Below, piece after piece: positions 48,701 to 61,562 of a stretch of 64,000 nt of DNA. A program made the position numbers and the translations under genes. The stretch lies in contig OZ024753.1 in the NCBI GenBank assembly GCA_964016885.1, positions 35,898,001-35,962,000 of the forward strand, in the 5' to 3' direction. Below the pieces are notes generated by a model. That model had not been told where the DNA came from. It worked only from the letters and a program-made list of their open reading frames with translations, and did not search any database. Every line of letters starts with the position of its first letter. Positions within the stretch are counted from its first letter, which is position 1. The DNA is from Eledone cirrhosa (Eukaryota).

Positions 48701-50572
48701 GGGGCTGGGAGGTTTTTACCGTGTTGCCTACACGGCCACATTACAGTGTGGACTGTCTGGCGGGTTTTCTACAGCTGGACGCCCTTCCTAACACCAACCA
48801 CATTTACAGTGTGGGGCTGGGAGGTTTTTACCGTGTTGCCTACACGGCCACATTACAGCGTGGACTGTCTGGCGGGTTTTCTACAGCTGGATGCCCTTCC
48901 TAACATCAACCACATTTACAGTGTGGGGCTGGGAGGTTTTTACCGTGTTGCCTACACGGCCACATTACAGCGTGGACTGTCTGGCGGGTTTTCTACAGCT
49001 GGATGCCCTTCCTAACACCAACCACATTTACAGTGTGGGGCTGGGAGGTTTTTACCGTGTTGCCTACACGGCCACATTACAGTGTGGACTGTCTGGCGGG
49101 TTTTCTACAGCTGGACGCCCTTCCTAACACCAACCACATTTACAGTGTGGGGCTGGGAGGTTTTTACCGTGTTGCCTACACGGCCACATTACAGCGTGGA
49201 CTGTCTGGCGGGTTTTCTACAGCTGGATGCCCTTCCTAACATCAACCACATTTACAGTGTGGGGCTGGGAGGTTTTTACCGTGTTGCCTACACGGCCACA
49301 TTACAGCGTGGACTGTCTGGCGGGTTTTCTACAGCTGGATGCCCTTCCTAACATCAACCACATTTACAGTGTGGGGCTGGGAGGTTTTTACCGTGTTGCC
49401 TACACGGCCACATTACAGCGTGGACTGTCTGGCGGGTTTTCTACAGCTGGATGCCCTTCCTAACATCAACCACATTTACAGTGTGGGGCTGGGAGGTTTT
49501 TACCGTGTTGCCTACACGGCCACATTACAGCGTGGACTGTCTGGCGGGTTTTCTACAGCTGGATGCCCTTCCTAACATCAACCACATTTACAGTGTGGGG
49601 CTGGGAGGTTTTTACCGTGTTGCCTACACGGCCACATTACAGCGTGGACTGTCTGGCGGGTTTTCTACAGCTGGATGCCCTTCCTAACATCAACCACATT
49701 TACAGTGTAGGGCTGGGAGGTTTTTACCGTGTTGCCTACACGGCCACATTACAGCGTGGACTGTCTGGCGGGTTTTCTACAGCTGGATGCCCTTCCTAAC
49801 ACCAACCACATTTACAGTGTGGGGCTGGGAGGTTTTTACCGTGTTGCCTACACGGCCACATTACAGCGTGGACTGTCTGGCGGGTTTTCTACAGCTGGAT
49901 GCCCTTCCTAACATCAACCACATTTACAGTGTAGGGCTGGGAGGTTTTTACCGTGTTGCCTACACGGCCACATTACAGCGTGGACTGTCTGGCGGGTTTT
50001 CTACAGCTGGATGCCCTTCCTAACACCAACCACATTTACAGTGTGGGGCTGGGAGGTTTTTACCGTGTTGCCTACACGGCCACATTACAGCGTGGACTGT
50101 CTGGCGGGTTTTCTACAGCTGGATGCCCTTCCTAACACCAACCACATTTACAGTGTGGGGCTGGGAGGTTTTTACCGTGTTGCCTACACGGCCACATTAC
50201 AGCGTGGACTGTCTGGTGGGTTTTCTACAGCTGGATGCCCTTCCTAACACCAACCACATTTACAGTGTGGGGCTGGGAGGTTTTTACCGTGTTGCCTACA
50301 CGGCCACATTACAGCGTGGACTGTCTGGCGGGTTTTCTACAGCTGGATGCCCTTCCTAACACCAACCACATTTACAGTGTGGGGCTGGGAGGTTTTTACC
50401 GTGTTGCCTACACGGCCACATTACAGCGTGGACTGTCTGGCGGGTTTTCTACAGCTGGATGCCCTTCCTAACACCAACCACATTTACAGTGTGGGGCTGG
50501 GAGGTTTTTACCGTGTTGCCTACACGGCCACATTACAGTGTGGACTGTCTGGCGGGTTTTCTACAGCTGGAT
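45731..50572 (-). repeat. 112-bp tandem array (~42 copies) derived from an RTE 3' UTR, headed by a (CAT)n RTE end
   Basis: The reverse complement of the unit matches ~18995-19110; 112-bp ORF periodicity in the track. Confidence 0.95.
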
Positions 50573-50574
50573 CT

Positions 50575-50615
<41 letters not shown>

Positions 50616-51019
50616 CTTCATCATTTAAATTTTAGTAGATATTATTTTTCAATTAAGTTGTAAGAGGAATTACTCCTTCGTTCGTCATGAGCTTTTGCCC
50701 TTTATGTATATATCATCATCATCATGATCATCATCATCATCATCATCATTTTACGTCCATTTTCCACACTAACATAAACAATATATATAATTATTAAGGC
50801 CATATATATCTATATGTCAGTTCGATTCCCGGACTAGATGATGCATTATGTCCTTGAGGAAGACACTTTATTTCACGTTGCTCCTTCTATCTGGAGTTGC
50901 GACCGATAGATAGTACTAGCAACTGGAAAGGCCGACGAAAACATTGTTTCCTCGGTCCGATTTGACAAAAGTCGATCAACAAATTTTTTTTTAATATATA
51001 TATGGATATATATATATAT

Positions 51020-52490
51020 ACACAGACTGTGAGGGATATTTGTGTACACCGTATATTATTCTCTTTAATCAAATTAAAATATATTTCTTCTTATCAGACA
51101 TGACAGAGAAAATGCTAAAACAAGAAATGAAAAGACTTGCAGTTGTTGTTGCTTTATGTGCAAAACAGAGTGGTTTAGAAGTTGCAAGGTTTCTAAATGT
51201 TGCAAGAACTTTTAGAGATGAAGTTTGTGTGGAAATGGAAGTCATTGGCAGTAATGTTTCAACTGTGTCAAAGAGGGAAAGGCATTGGAGACATTTGGAC
51301 ACTGGAAGGTCACTCTAAGGACACAGCAGTTCATCGAAAGAGGTGAAAACATTATCAGAGATTCATCATCATCATCATCATCACCGTTTTACGTCCGTTC
51401 TTCCACGTTAGCATGGGTTAGACGGGTTGTCCTGTTGTGGGTAGTGTCTGGTCGGCTGACCATGCCTTGCTCATACAGGAACTGATTTGGCTTGATTTCT
51501 ACAGCTGGATGCCCTTCCTAACACCAACCTCATTTACAGTGAGTGCTGGGTGCTTTTTCGTGGTGCCTACACGTCCACTTTACAGTGAGGGCTGGGTGCT
51601 TTTTTGCCGTGGCACCTCCACGACCACCTTGCAGTGGGAGGGTGTGGGGGCATATTGTCTATATGCTTCAGCTTGTACCCATGGGAGGTCGGGTACTCTG
51701 TATTACTGCATGACGCCAGAGGTCACGGTCGTGTGTGATTATCCTAGAAAATCAATGAGAGTTATTGCCAGAGAAGTTCAGATGTCAGGGTGGACTATTA
51801 GAACTATGATGCACAAGGACATTTGGTACAATTCATACCTGCTAAGGAAGGAACCAATCCATGTCTCCAAAGACAGGAAAACTACTTAACCCTTTAGTAT
51901 TTAAACCGGCCAGAATTCTCTCACCTCTTTCTGTTCAAACCAGCCATAATTGGCCACTCATACTGATGTTAAGGTATTGTTCTCAAAATAAATAATATCA
52001 AAATCTCATAGATTCGATATTATGTGAGATAAAGCCTTTATTGTGAAAATACAATAGTATATATAGAGTAATGTAAATGCTAAAGGGTTAATCTGTGCAA
52101 ATCAATAAGGTTAAAACCCCTCATGAGTATAACATACTTTTGGATCCTTTCTGATAAGAACTTCAACCAAGAACAAACGTCCAACAGAAGGAGTGATATT
52201 TGGTTATGTGCAGATATTTCTGGAGTCACCAAAGTGATGCACTCTGGGTTTCCAGCAAGTATGGTAGTTTTAGGAGTTGTTAGCAATAAAGGTCATGTTT
52301 CCACAGGGTCTTACGGTTAATGCTGCTGGATAAACTGAAGTGCTGAAAACAGTTGTTAAGCTTTGGAGAGATAAAATATGTAATGGAAGACCGTATGTAT
52401 TTCAGCAAGATGCAGCACCATCTCACATAGCTCAGTCAAATCAAGAATGGATGTCAAACAATCTTTACAACCATGTAATGCCAAATATGG
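51020..52490 (+). pseudogene. Degenerate Tc1/mariner-superfamily transposase (maT/DD37D-like), interrupted by nested inserts
   Basis: SDKNFNQ..NRRSD.WLC..FPASMVVLGVVSNKGH..RPYVFQQDAAPSH; stops and frameshifts. Confidence 0.8.
51362..51735 (-). mobile_element. RTE 3' end (same family as 6950-7902) nested in the transposase
   Basis: Near-identical to the reverse complement of 7520-7900. Confidence 0.88.
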
Positions 52491-52739
52491 TATTTTATTT
52501 TATTTTATCAACCCCGTAAGGATGAAAGGCAAAGTTTTTAATGTTTTTTGGTGCAAAAGTTACTGACAGAAATACCAAGTGGAAAAAGAGAGAAATTTTC
52601 CAGAATGAAAGCTGTTGTTGGCTTCTTTAATCAGCAACATAATTAGTAATTGATGTAGAATTAAGAGAGGTAACTCTTTCAAACGTTTGATGATGATAAT
52701 ATATATATACGTATTACATATATATATAATATGCACAAC

Positions 52740-53001
52740 ACATCATCATTTTACGTCCACTTTTCCCTGCTCGCAAGGGTGGGGTGGGTTCTATTCAGCA
52801 CAGAATCTCTCCACTTGTCACAGTCCTTCGTCATCTCCTCTGTGAGCATCAGCGATCTGAGATCAGCTCTCACCACATCTACCCATGTTTTTCATGGTCT
52901 TCCTTCTACTGGGATTTCTTGGCTCTTCTTTACCCAGCGGTAATCCTCTATGCAGCACATACCATCTCAGTCTTCTCTCCCGCACACTACAACTTATCCC
53001 T

Positions 53002-53002
<1 letters not shown>
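52740..53002 (-). mobile_element. Short RTE 3' fragment
   Basis: RGISCSVRERRLRWY; (CAT)n end. Confidence 0.7.
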
Positions 53003-53034
<32 letters not shown>

Positions 53035-53645
53035 CTTTGCCTTTCATCCTTATGGGGTCGATAAAATAAAGTACCAGTAATGTACTGGATAATTGCTGGC
53101 ATTGTGGCAAAAGTAAAAACAATTATATATACCTATATCATATATAAATAATAACAATATATATTATACTTATATAATATATATGTATAATATACATATA
53201 GGGTGCAAGAGATATTTGGTAATAAAATAAAACTAATTTATATCTAAATTCAATCTTAACTCTTTAGCATTTAAACCGGCCAGAAATCTCAGCTCTTTCT
53301 GTTGAAACTGGCCATAACCAACCCCTCATACTGACGTTAACGTATTGTTCTCAAAATAAATAATATCAAAATCTCATAGATCAGATAATATGAGACATAA
53401 TTATATGAGATAAAGCCTTTACCATGAAAATATAATAGCATATAATAATAATTGTTTCTAGTTTAGGCACAAGGGCAGCAATTACCCAGTACATTACTGG
53501 TACTTTATTTTATCGACCCTGTAAGGATGAAAGGCAAGGTTAACCTCGGCGGGATTTGAACTCAGAATGGCAAGGACCGTAACTCTATGTGTCAAAGCAT
53601 GGAGTCCGACACTGCCAATCCACTGCCAATCCACCGTTTTATAAC

Positions 53646-53706
<61 letters not shown>

Positions 53707-55892
53707 CATATTTATAATATATATATACATTATTTATAATATATATGTATGTAATAATATATATAGTAATTATTTATATAAATATAAATATATATATATA
53801 CGATATATAAAATGGGAAGTATACAATCTAAAAAGAATCGAACTCACGATCGTGAAGTCGCAATGGCTTTAAATACTTTGCGCATGCGCACTGATGTCTA
53901 CTTTTTTGCGCATGTGTAATTGGCTTAATTCTGTTTCACAAAAACAAAATGGCCGCTGGAGCAATTTCTTTTTTTTTCCAGCCCGAATGAAAAACGTTAA
54001 AAACTTGGATTTTACTATTTATAAAGAGGTAAAGTAAAGTTTTATGTTTATTTCCTTCCATAAACGTCAGCAATAATTATTGAAACGATAGTTTTGTTTA
54101 GCTACTGCAACATGTCCACGTAGTGTTGTATTTCAATGGTGCTCATTGTTACGTGGTAGATTGATCATGTTACATTATCTTATGCCAGAACGTTACGTTT
54201 CCAAAGCAATCCAGGGAAACAGACAGATATGATGTTGTCATTGCGTATGTCTGTTCCACTTTACATGTGTGTGCAGTTGATTGTCAATCTGCCACTCCTA
54301 GTACGCAGTTAGAACCATTGAAGTATACCCTCATGGCACACCAAAACCACCCTCCTCCATAGTTGGTCAATTCCAGGTGAGAGGGTGATTGAAGCAGTTT
54401 AAGGACGTATACTTCTCGTGGGAACCTCTACGGCCAGCTACTTGTCGTAGGATCCTCTTGGTCAATGCCAGGTTGGATAGGGACATGAGCACTTTAAAGG
54501 CGTAAACATCTCGTACGATCCTCTACGGCCAGCTAAACCATAATCAGTGCCTACTTAGAGGGCATAAACATCCTCTACAGCCAGCTAAACCCTGGACACT
54601 AAAACCACTCTCCTCCACAGTTTGGGAATTCCAGGTGAGAGGGCGATTGAAGCAGTTTAAGAGCGTAAACATCTCGTACGATCCTTTACGGCCAGCTAAA
54701 CCTTGGTTAGATGGTGAAATAAGCAGTTTAAGGCCGCATACTTCTCGTGGGATCCTCTACAGCCAGCTAAACCATGATCAGCGCCTGTTTAGAGGGTGTA
54801 AACATCTTGTAGGAACCTCTACAGCCAGCTAAACCTGCTCAATGTTGTGAGAGAGCGATTGAAGCACTTTAAGGGCGTAAACTTCTGGTACGATCCTTTA
54901 CGGCCAGCTAAACCTTGGTTAGATGGTGAAATAAGCAGTTTAAGGCCGTATACTTCTCGTGACATCCTCTACGGCCAACTAAACCATGATCAGCGCCTGT
55001 TTAGAGGGTGTAAACATCTCGTTCGTTTTTTGTATATGCGTACCTCGGGTAACTCTGTTTAAATAATTATTTAAACGTTTCTGAAGAGAGAAACTAAGAT
55101 TGTATATCAAGTCTCTAAAGAATGATGAAGTGTCTTAAGACGACGCTGTCAAGTGCATTTCTAAACTTTGTGGTTTTGACACATCTATACGTTGTATCCC
55201 TGCTGCCCTCAATATATACATACACACGTATGTATGTGCATAAGTATATATATACTCATATATTTACGCCTGTATATATATATATATATATACACAGCAT
55301 GTGTACGCTGGGAGATTCAGCATATACACACATTCGTAATAAAATTCTAATTACTAAAATAGGTATCTGAAATTCTAATTACTAAAATCTAAGGTTTGCA
55401 TCTTATTTCCAGAAACAAAATTACTTTATATATAGAAACGGAATGAGAGTGAGATAACACAGGAAATATATTTTGAGACGTGTTATTCCCTTTTCGTTTC
55501 TATAAATATATTTTTTTTAAATAAATAAAATTTTACCTATAAGTATGACTAATTCACTCAGTAAAATTGCAGCTTGGCGTGGCGATGCGCCCGGCTCGGA
55601 CTTCGTCGGCTACGTATGTATGTGTCGTTTCCATACTATGTGTCGCAAATTCGAAGCGTTGTGGTGTGCACGTGGCTACGGCGGCTGGGACATTTAGATT
55701 CTTAATTTCTTTTTTTTTTAGACACTTCATCTAGATTCTTAGTTTCTTTTTAGACACTTCATTTAGATTCTTAATTTCTTTTTTTTTTAGACACTTCATT
55801 TAGTTTCTTAGTTTTAGACACTGTTCAAGGAAGATGACTCTTACCTCCCTTTATTTTTTCGACATTTTCAAAAACATTCTTAGCTTTTTTAT

Positions 55893-56800
55893 TTATAATA
55901 ATGAAATTATTGTGTACAGTGCTCAGGTGCACTACAACTCATCAAAGGTGCATGTATAGTACATAGAATAATGTACAAATGTCAGGAAAATGAACAGTGT
56001 ATGAGTCATGATATAATAATAATAATAATAATGAAATATTGTGTACAGTGCCCAGGTACACCACAACTCATCAAAACGTGCATGTACAGTACATAGGGCA
56101 ATGCACAAACATCAGGAAAATGAACAGTGCACGAGTCATGATACACACATGTGTGCATGTGTATGGAAGGGGTACATCAGGTGTAGTTTTGGCGTATTTC
56201 GGGAGGCATGAGTGTCTTAAAGGATGCAGTGTCTCGGCAGCTAACAACTGACGCAGGCAGTTTGTTCCATGCTTCAGCAACTCTGAGCGTGAAAAAATGT
56301 CTACGAAAGTCATGGGAGCTGTGCTGTTTTCTGATTTTGTAGGCATGTCCACGTGTGTTAGACACATGGAGATCAAAAAGGTGCTCAGGGTTGCAATTGG
56401 CGAGATGGTTAATAACTTTGTGGGTATTTACCAAGTCCATTGCCAGACGTCGGAGCTTCAATGAATCCATGCCCAGGGAAGCAAGGCGTTCACAGTATGG
56501 TAGGTGTCTGATGGAGGGTATGCGCTTGGTTGCACGTCTCTGAACAGTTTCCAGGAGGTCAATGTTCTGAGCAAGATAGGGGTTCCAGACTGATGATGCG
56601 AATTCCAAGTGTGGTCGTACCATAGCTGTATACAGTTTTAAATAGATGGCTGGAGAGCGGCTAACAAAGGTCTTGTTGAGTGATGCCAAGACACCCTCGG
56701 CCTTCTTGACAATCTCAGAGACATGCTTGTCCAACGCAAATCGCTGCTGACAGTAATGCCCAGGTCACGTTCACAAGAGGACTTCTTGATATCAGTGTTC
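55893..56800 (-). mobile_element. CR1-clade LINE 3' fragment with duplicated 3' UTR, nested in the foldback element
   Basis: ORF 56177-56734 LYTAMVRPHLEFASSVWNP..VQRRATK..ERLASLG..RRL; (ATT)n tails. Confidence 0.9.
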
Positions 56801-58429
56801 TTTAGAGTACGTCTTACTCAGTTTCTTGTAGACTCTTGATTTCTTTATTCATTTTTTGTCAAAATAAACTGAACACAATTCGTATATAAGATGTAAACTT
56901 TCTTTATCCATTTTTGGCAAAATAATCTGAATACAATTCGTATATAATATGTAAATTTTCTTTATTAACAGAAACTACGCCATTCCTACTTGTTACGGCA
57001 AACAACACAGCATATGAACTTGAAGGCTGGACATCTGTAAAAAGAAATGAAAGTAATTTACGTACGTTATCAATAAAAAGAATATTAAACTTTATAAAAT
57101 TCACCCGATTTTGTCTTTTCTTATATATACATTTAAATAGAGGAAACTAAGAATGTATATGAAGTTTCTTAAAGAAAGAATGTAGATGAAGTGTATAAAG
57201 AAGAATGTAATTAGTCCGCACACCCTTGTTTAATTGACAATGTATAAGTTTAACATTTTTTAGTGACAACGTATGTAAATGATTTTCATAGTTTTTTTTA
57301 TTTCATTTTTCTTACAGATGTCCAGCCTTCTCGGTCATATGCTGTGTTGTTTGCCGTAACCACTGAGGGGATGTTTTTACAAGTCGAAGTTTTCTGAACA
57401 GTGATGAAGTGTCTGTTAATAAAAAAAAATGTTTACATTTTATTTACGAAATGTATGAAAAAAGATTTTAATAAAAAATCCTTACACATTATTTACGAGT
57501 TGTGTTCAGTATATTTTGATAAAAACTATATTAAAATTTCTACATATTGTATACTACTTGTGTTGTTACTTTGACAATGAAAAAAATTAGCCTAATAAAT
57601 GGCTTCTAATTACTTCTCTTTGTAAAAAGTAAAGGGAAGCTACTCTTCAGCATTTTTCTTCCACTCAATCTCAGAGGGGGCCCCCCCGTTAATTTTTTTT
57701 TTATTTCTCCACTTTAGCGGCATCAGTTCCTCGATCCAGGCTCTTAACCATGCATGAGTATCTGATGTCTCTAAAGTGGAGAAATAAAAAAAAAAACAAA
57801 ATGGCGTCCCGTTTCATAAATTTTTTTTTCGACTTTTTCAAAAACATTCTTAGCTTCTTTATTTAGAAACTTGATATACACTTACGTTTTTTATAGTACG
57901 TCTTATTCAGTTTCTTGTAGACTCTTCATTTCTTTATTCATTTTTGTCAAAATAAACTGAACACAATTCGTATATAAGAGATAAATTTTCTTTATTCATT
58001 TTTAGCAAAATAAAATGTATATAATATGTAATTTTTCTTTATTAACAGAATCTACGCCATTCCCACACAGCATATGAACTTGAAGGCTGGACATCTGTAA
58101 AAAGAAATGAAAGTTATTTACATACGTTATCAATAAAAAGAATATTAAACTTTATAAAATTCACCCGATTTTGTCTTTTCTTATATATATATATTTAAAT
58201 AGAGGAAACTAAGAATGTATATGAAGTTTCTTAAAGAAAGAAAGAAAATAAGAATGTAAATGGTTATTGGTTACGTAGATTAACAGTTAAAGCGATATCG
58301 ATCTGGTTAATATTTGATTACGATGATGATATCTAACAAAAAAAACAACAGCAACAACTAAGAATATAGACAAGTTTCTAAAGAAAGAAACTTCATCTAC
58401 ATTCTTAATTGTTTTTTAGGAATGACAAT

Positions 58430-59740
58430 GAAGTGTTGAAAAGGAACAAAGAAAGTAAATGAACTTTCGTAAGAAGAAACTAAGAATGTAAATGGTTCTA
58501 TGTTACGTGGGTTAAAGTGATATCGATCTAGTTAACACTGATCAACAGTTAAGCGTTGAAAAGGAACAAAGAATCGTAAGAAGAATGTAAATGGTTCTAT
58601 GTTACGTGGGTTAATGTGATATCGATCTAATTAATACTGACTAACAGTTAAGTATTGAAAAGGAACAAAGAATCGTAAGAAACTAAGAATGTAAATGGTT
58701 CTATGTTACGTGGGTTAATGTGATATCGATCTAGTTAACAGTGACTAACAGTTAAGTATTGAAAAGGAACAAAGAATCATAAGAATATTAAACTTTATAA
58801 TATTCACCCGATTTTGTCTTTTCTTATATATACATTTAAATAGAGGAAACTAAGAATGTAGATGAAGTGTATAAAGAAGAATGTAGATGGTTATTGTTAC
58901 GTAGATTAACAGTTAAAGCGATCTGGTTAATATTTGATTACTACGATGATATCTAAAAAAAACAACAGCAACAACTAAGAATGTAGACGAGTTTCTAAAG
59001 AAAGAAACTTCATCTACATTCTTAATTGTTTTTTAGGAATGACAATGACGAAAAAAGAAACTAAGAATGTAAATGAAGTGTTGAAAAGGAACAAAGAAAG
59101 TAAATGAACTTTCGTAAGAAGAAACTAAGAATGTAAATGGTTCTATGTTACGTGGGTTAAAGTGATATCGATCTAGTTAACAGTGACTAACAGTTAAGTA
59201 TTGAAAAGAACAAAGAATCGTAAGAAACTAAGAATGTAAATGGTTCTATGTTACGTGGGTTAATGTGATATCGATCTAGTTAACAGTGACTAACAGTTAA
59301 GTATTGAAAAGGAACAAAGAATCGTAAGAAACTAAGAATGTAAATGGTTCTATATTACGTGGGTTAATGTGATATCGATCTAATTAACAGTGACTAACAG
59401 TTAAGTATTGAAAAGAACAAAGAATCGTAAGAAACTAAGAATGTAAATGGTTCTATGTTACGTGGGTTAATGTGATATCGATCTAATTAACAGTGACTAA
59501 CAGTTAAGTATTGAAAAGGAACAAAGAATCGTAAGAAACTAAGAATGTAAATGGTTCTATGTTATGTGGGTTAATGTGATATCGATCTAGTTAACAGTGA
59601 CTAACAGTTAAGTATTGAAAAGGAACAAAGAATCGTAAGAAACTAAGAATGTAAATGGTTCTATGTTACGTGGGTTAATGTGATATCGATCTAGTTAACA
59701 GTTAAGTATTGAAAAGGAACAAAGAATCGTAAGAAACTAT
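58430..59740. repeat. ~104-bp tandem repeat blocks inside the foldback element
   Basis: aagaaactaagaatgtaaatggttctatgttacgtgggttaatgtgatatcgatc... period 104 (59221 to 59325). Confidence 0.9.
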
Positions 59741-61058
59741 GTGAAGTGTATGCTTCGCTCGCCCTCTAAGATTGTAGTGACTAGGGTTCAGCTGGCCGTA
59801 GGAAATACTATGGGAAGTATACATTCTAAAACTGCTTCTTTCACCCTCTAACCTGACTTTGACCAGGGTTTAGCTGGTTGTAGAGGTTCCCACGAGATGT
59901 TTACACCCTCTAAACAGGCACTGATCATGGTTTAGCTGCCGTAGAGGATCCCGTGAGAAGTATACGGCCTTAAACTGCTTATCTCGCCATCTAACCTGGC
60001 ATTGACCAAGGTTTAGCTGGCCCTAGAGAATCGTACGAGATGTTTACGCCCTTAAAGTGCTTCAATCGCCCTCTCACCTGGAATTCACCAACTGTGGGGG
60101 AGGGTGGTTTCTAACTGCTGTGGCAGATTGAACCAGATTGGCAATCAGCTGCAGAGTGGCAGATTGACAATCAACTGCACACACATGTAAAGTGGAACAG
60201 ACATAAGCAATGACAACATCATATCTGTCTTTAACCTGGATTGCTTTGGAAATGTAACCGTCTGGCATAAGATAATGTAACATGATCAATTTACCACGTA
60301 ACAATGAGCACAATTGAAATACAATACTACGTGGAGATGTTGCAGTAGCTAAACAAAACTATCGTTTCAATAATTATTGCTGACATTTATGGAAGGAAAT
60401 CAACATAAAATAAAGCTTTACTTTACCTCCTTATAAATAGTAAAATCCAAGTTTTTAACGTTTTTCATTCAGGTTGGAAAACATGAAGTTGTTTCAGCGG
60501 CCATTTTGTTTTTGCGAAACAGAATTAAGCCAATTACACATGCGCAAAAAAGTAGACATCAGTGCGCATGCGCAAAGTATTTAAAGCCATTGCGACTTCA
60601 CGATCGTGAGTTCGATTCTTTTTAGATTGTATACTTCCCATTTTATATATAGTATATATATATATTTATATTAATAACAATAAATAATTACTATATATAT
60701 TAATACATACATATATATTATATATACTACATATATAATGTATATATATATATAAATATATATTTATATATATTAATACATACATATATATTATATATAC
60801 TACATACATAATATATATATATATATATTAAAATTATTAATAAAGGCATTTTAATATTATTAGTATATAAATATATATGAATAAATATATATATACACAT
60901 AAATATATATGAATAAATATGTATATATATTATATACATACATATATATTATATATATAATTAAATACATATAATATATATATAACAGGTATATAACTAT
61001 AATATATATAAATGAATAAATATAATATATACATATATAATTTTAATATATCTAGTTG

Positions 61059-61113
61059 TATATATACATATATATATACATATATATACATATATATGTA
61101 TATATATACATAC

Positions 61114-61144
<31 letters not shown>

Positions 61145-61155
61145 CATATATATAC

Positions 61156-61190
<35 letters not shown>

Positions 61191-61560
61191 CATATATATA
61201 TACATATATATATACATATATATACATATACATATATATACATATATATATATACCTATACATATATATATGTATATATATATATACACATATATATATA
61301 TATATATACATATATACACATATATATATATACATATATATACACATATACATTTAGATATACACACATATATATATATATACATATATATATATACACA
61401 TATATATATATACATATATATATATACACATATATATATATATACATATATATATATACACACATATATATATATACATATATATACACATATATATATA
61501 CATATATATATACATATATATACATATATATATACATATATATACATATATATATACACA
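61059..61560. repeat. (TA)n/(TACA) microsatellite
   Basis: Direct reading. Confidence 0.95.
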
Positions 61561-61562
61561 TT

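Larger units (their letters stand above)
53745..61058. mobile_element. Large non-coding foldback-like element with ~1-kb terminal inverted repeats
   Basis: 53745-~55020 is the reverse complement of ~59770-60720; internal tandem modules occur in both orientations. Confidence 0.75.

Noticed and set aside
45822-50628. About 40 repeated 78-aa ORFs; superficially CRISPR-like array
   Set aside because: The units are identical 112-mers with no unique spacers and no cas genes; they derive from an RTE 3' UTR in a eukaryote
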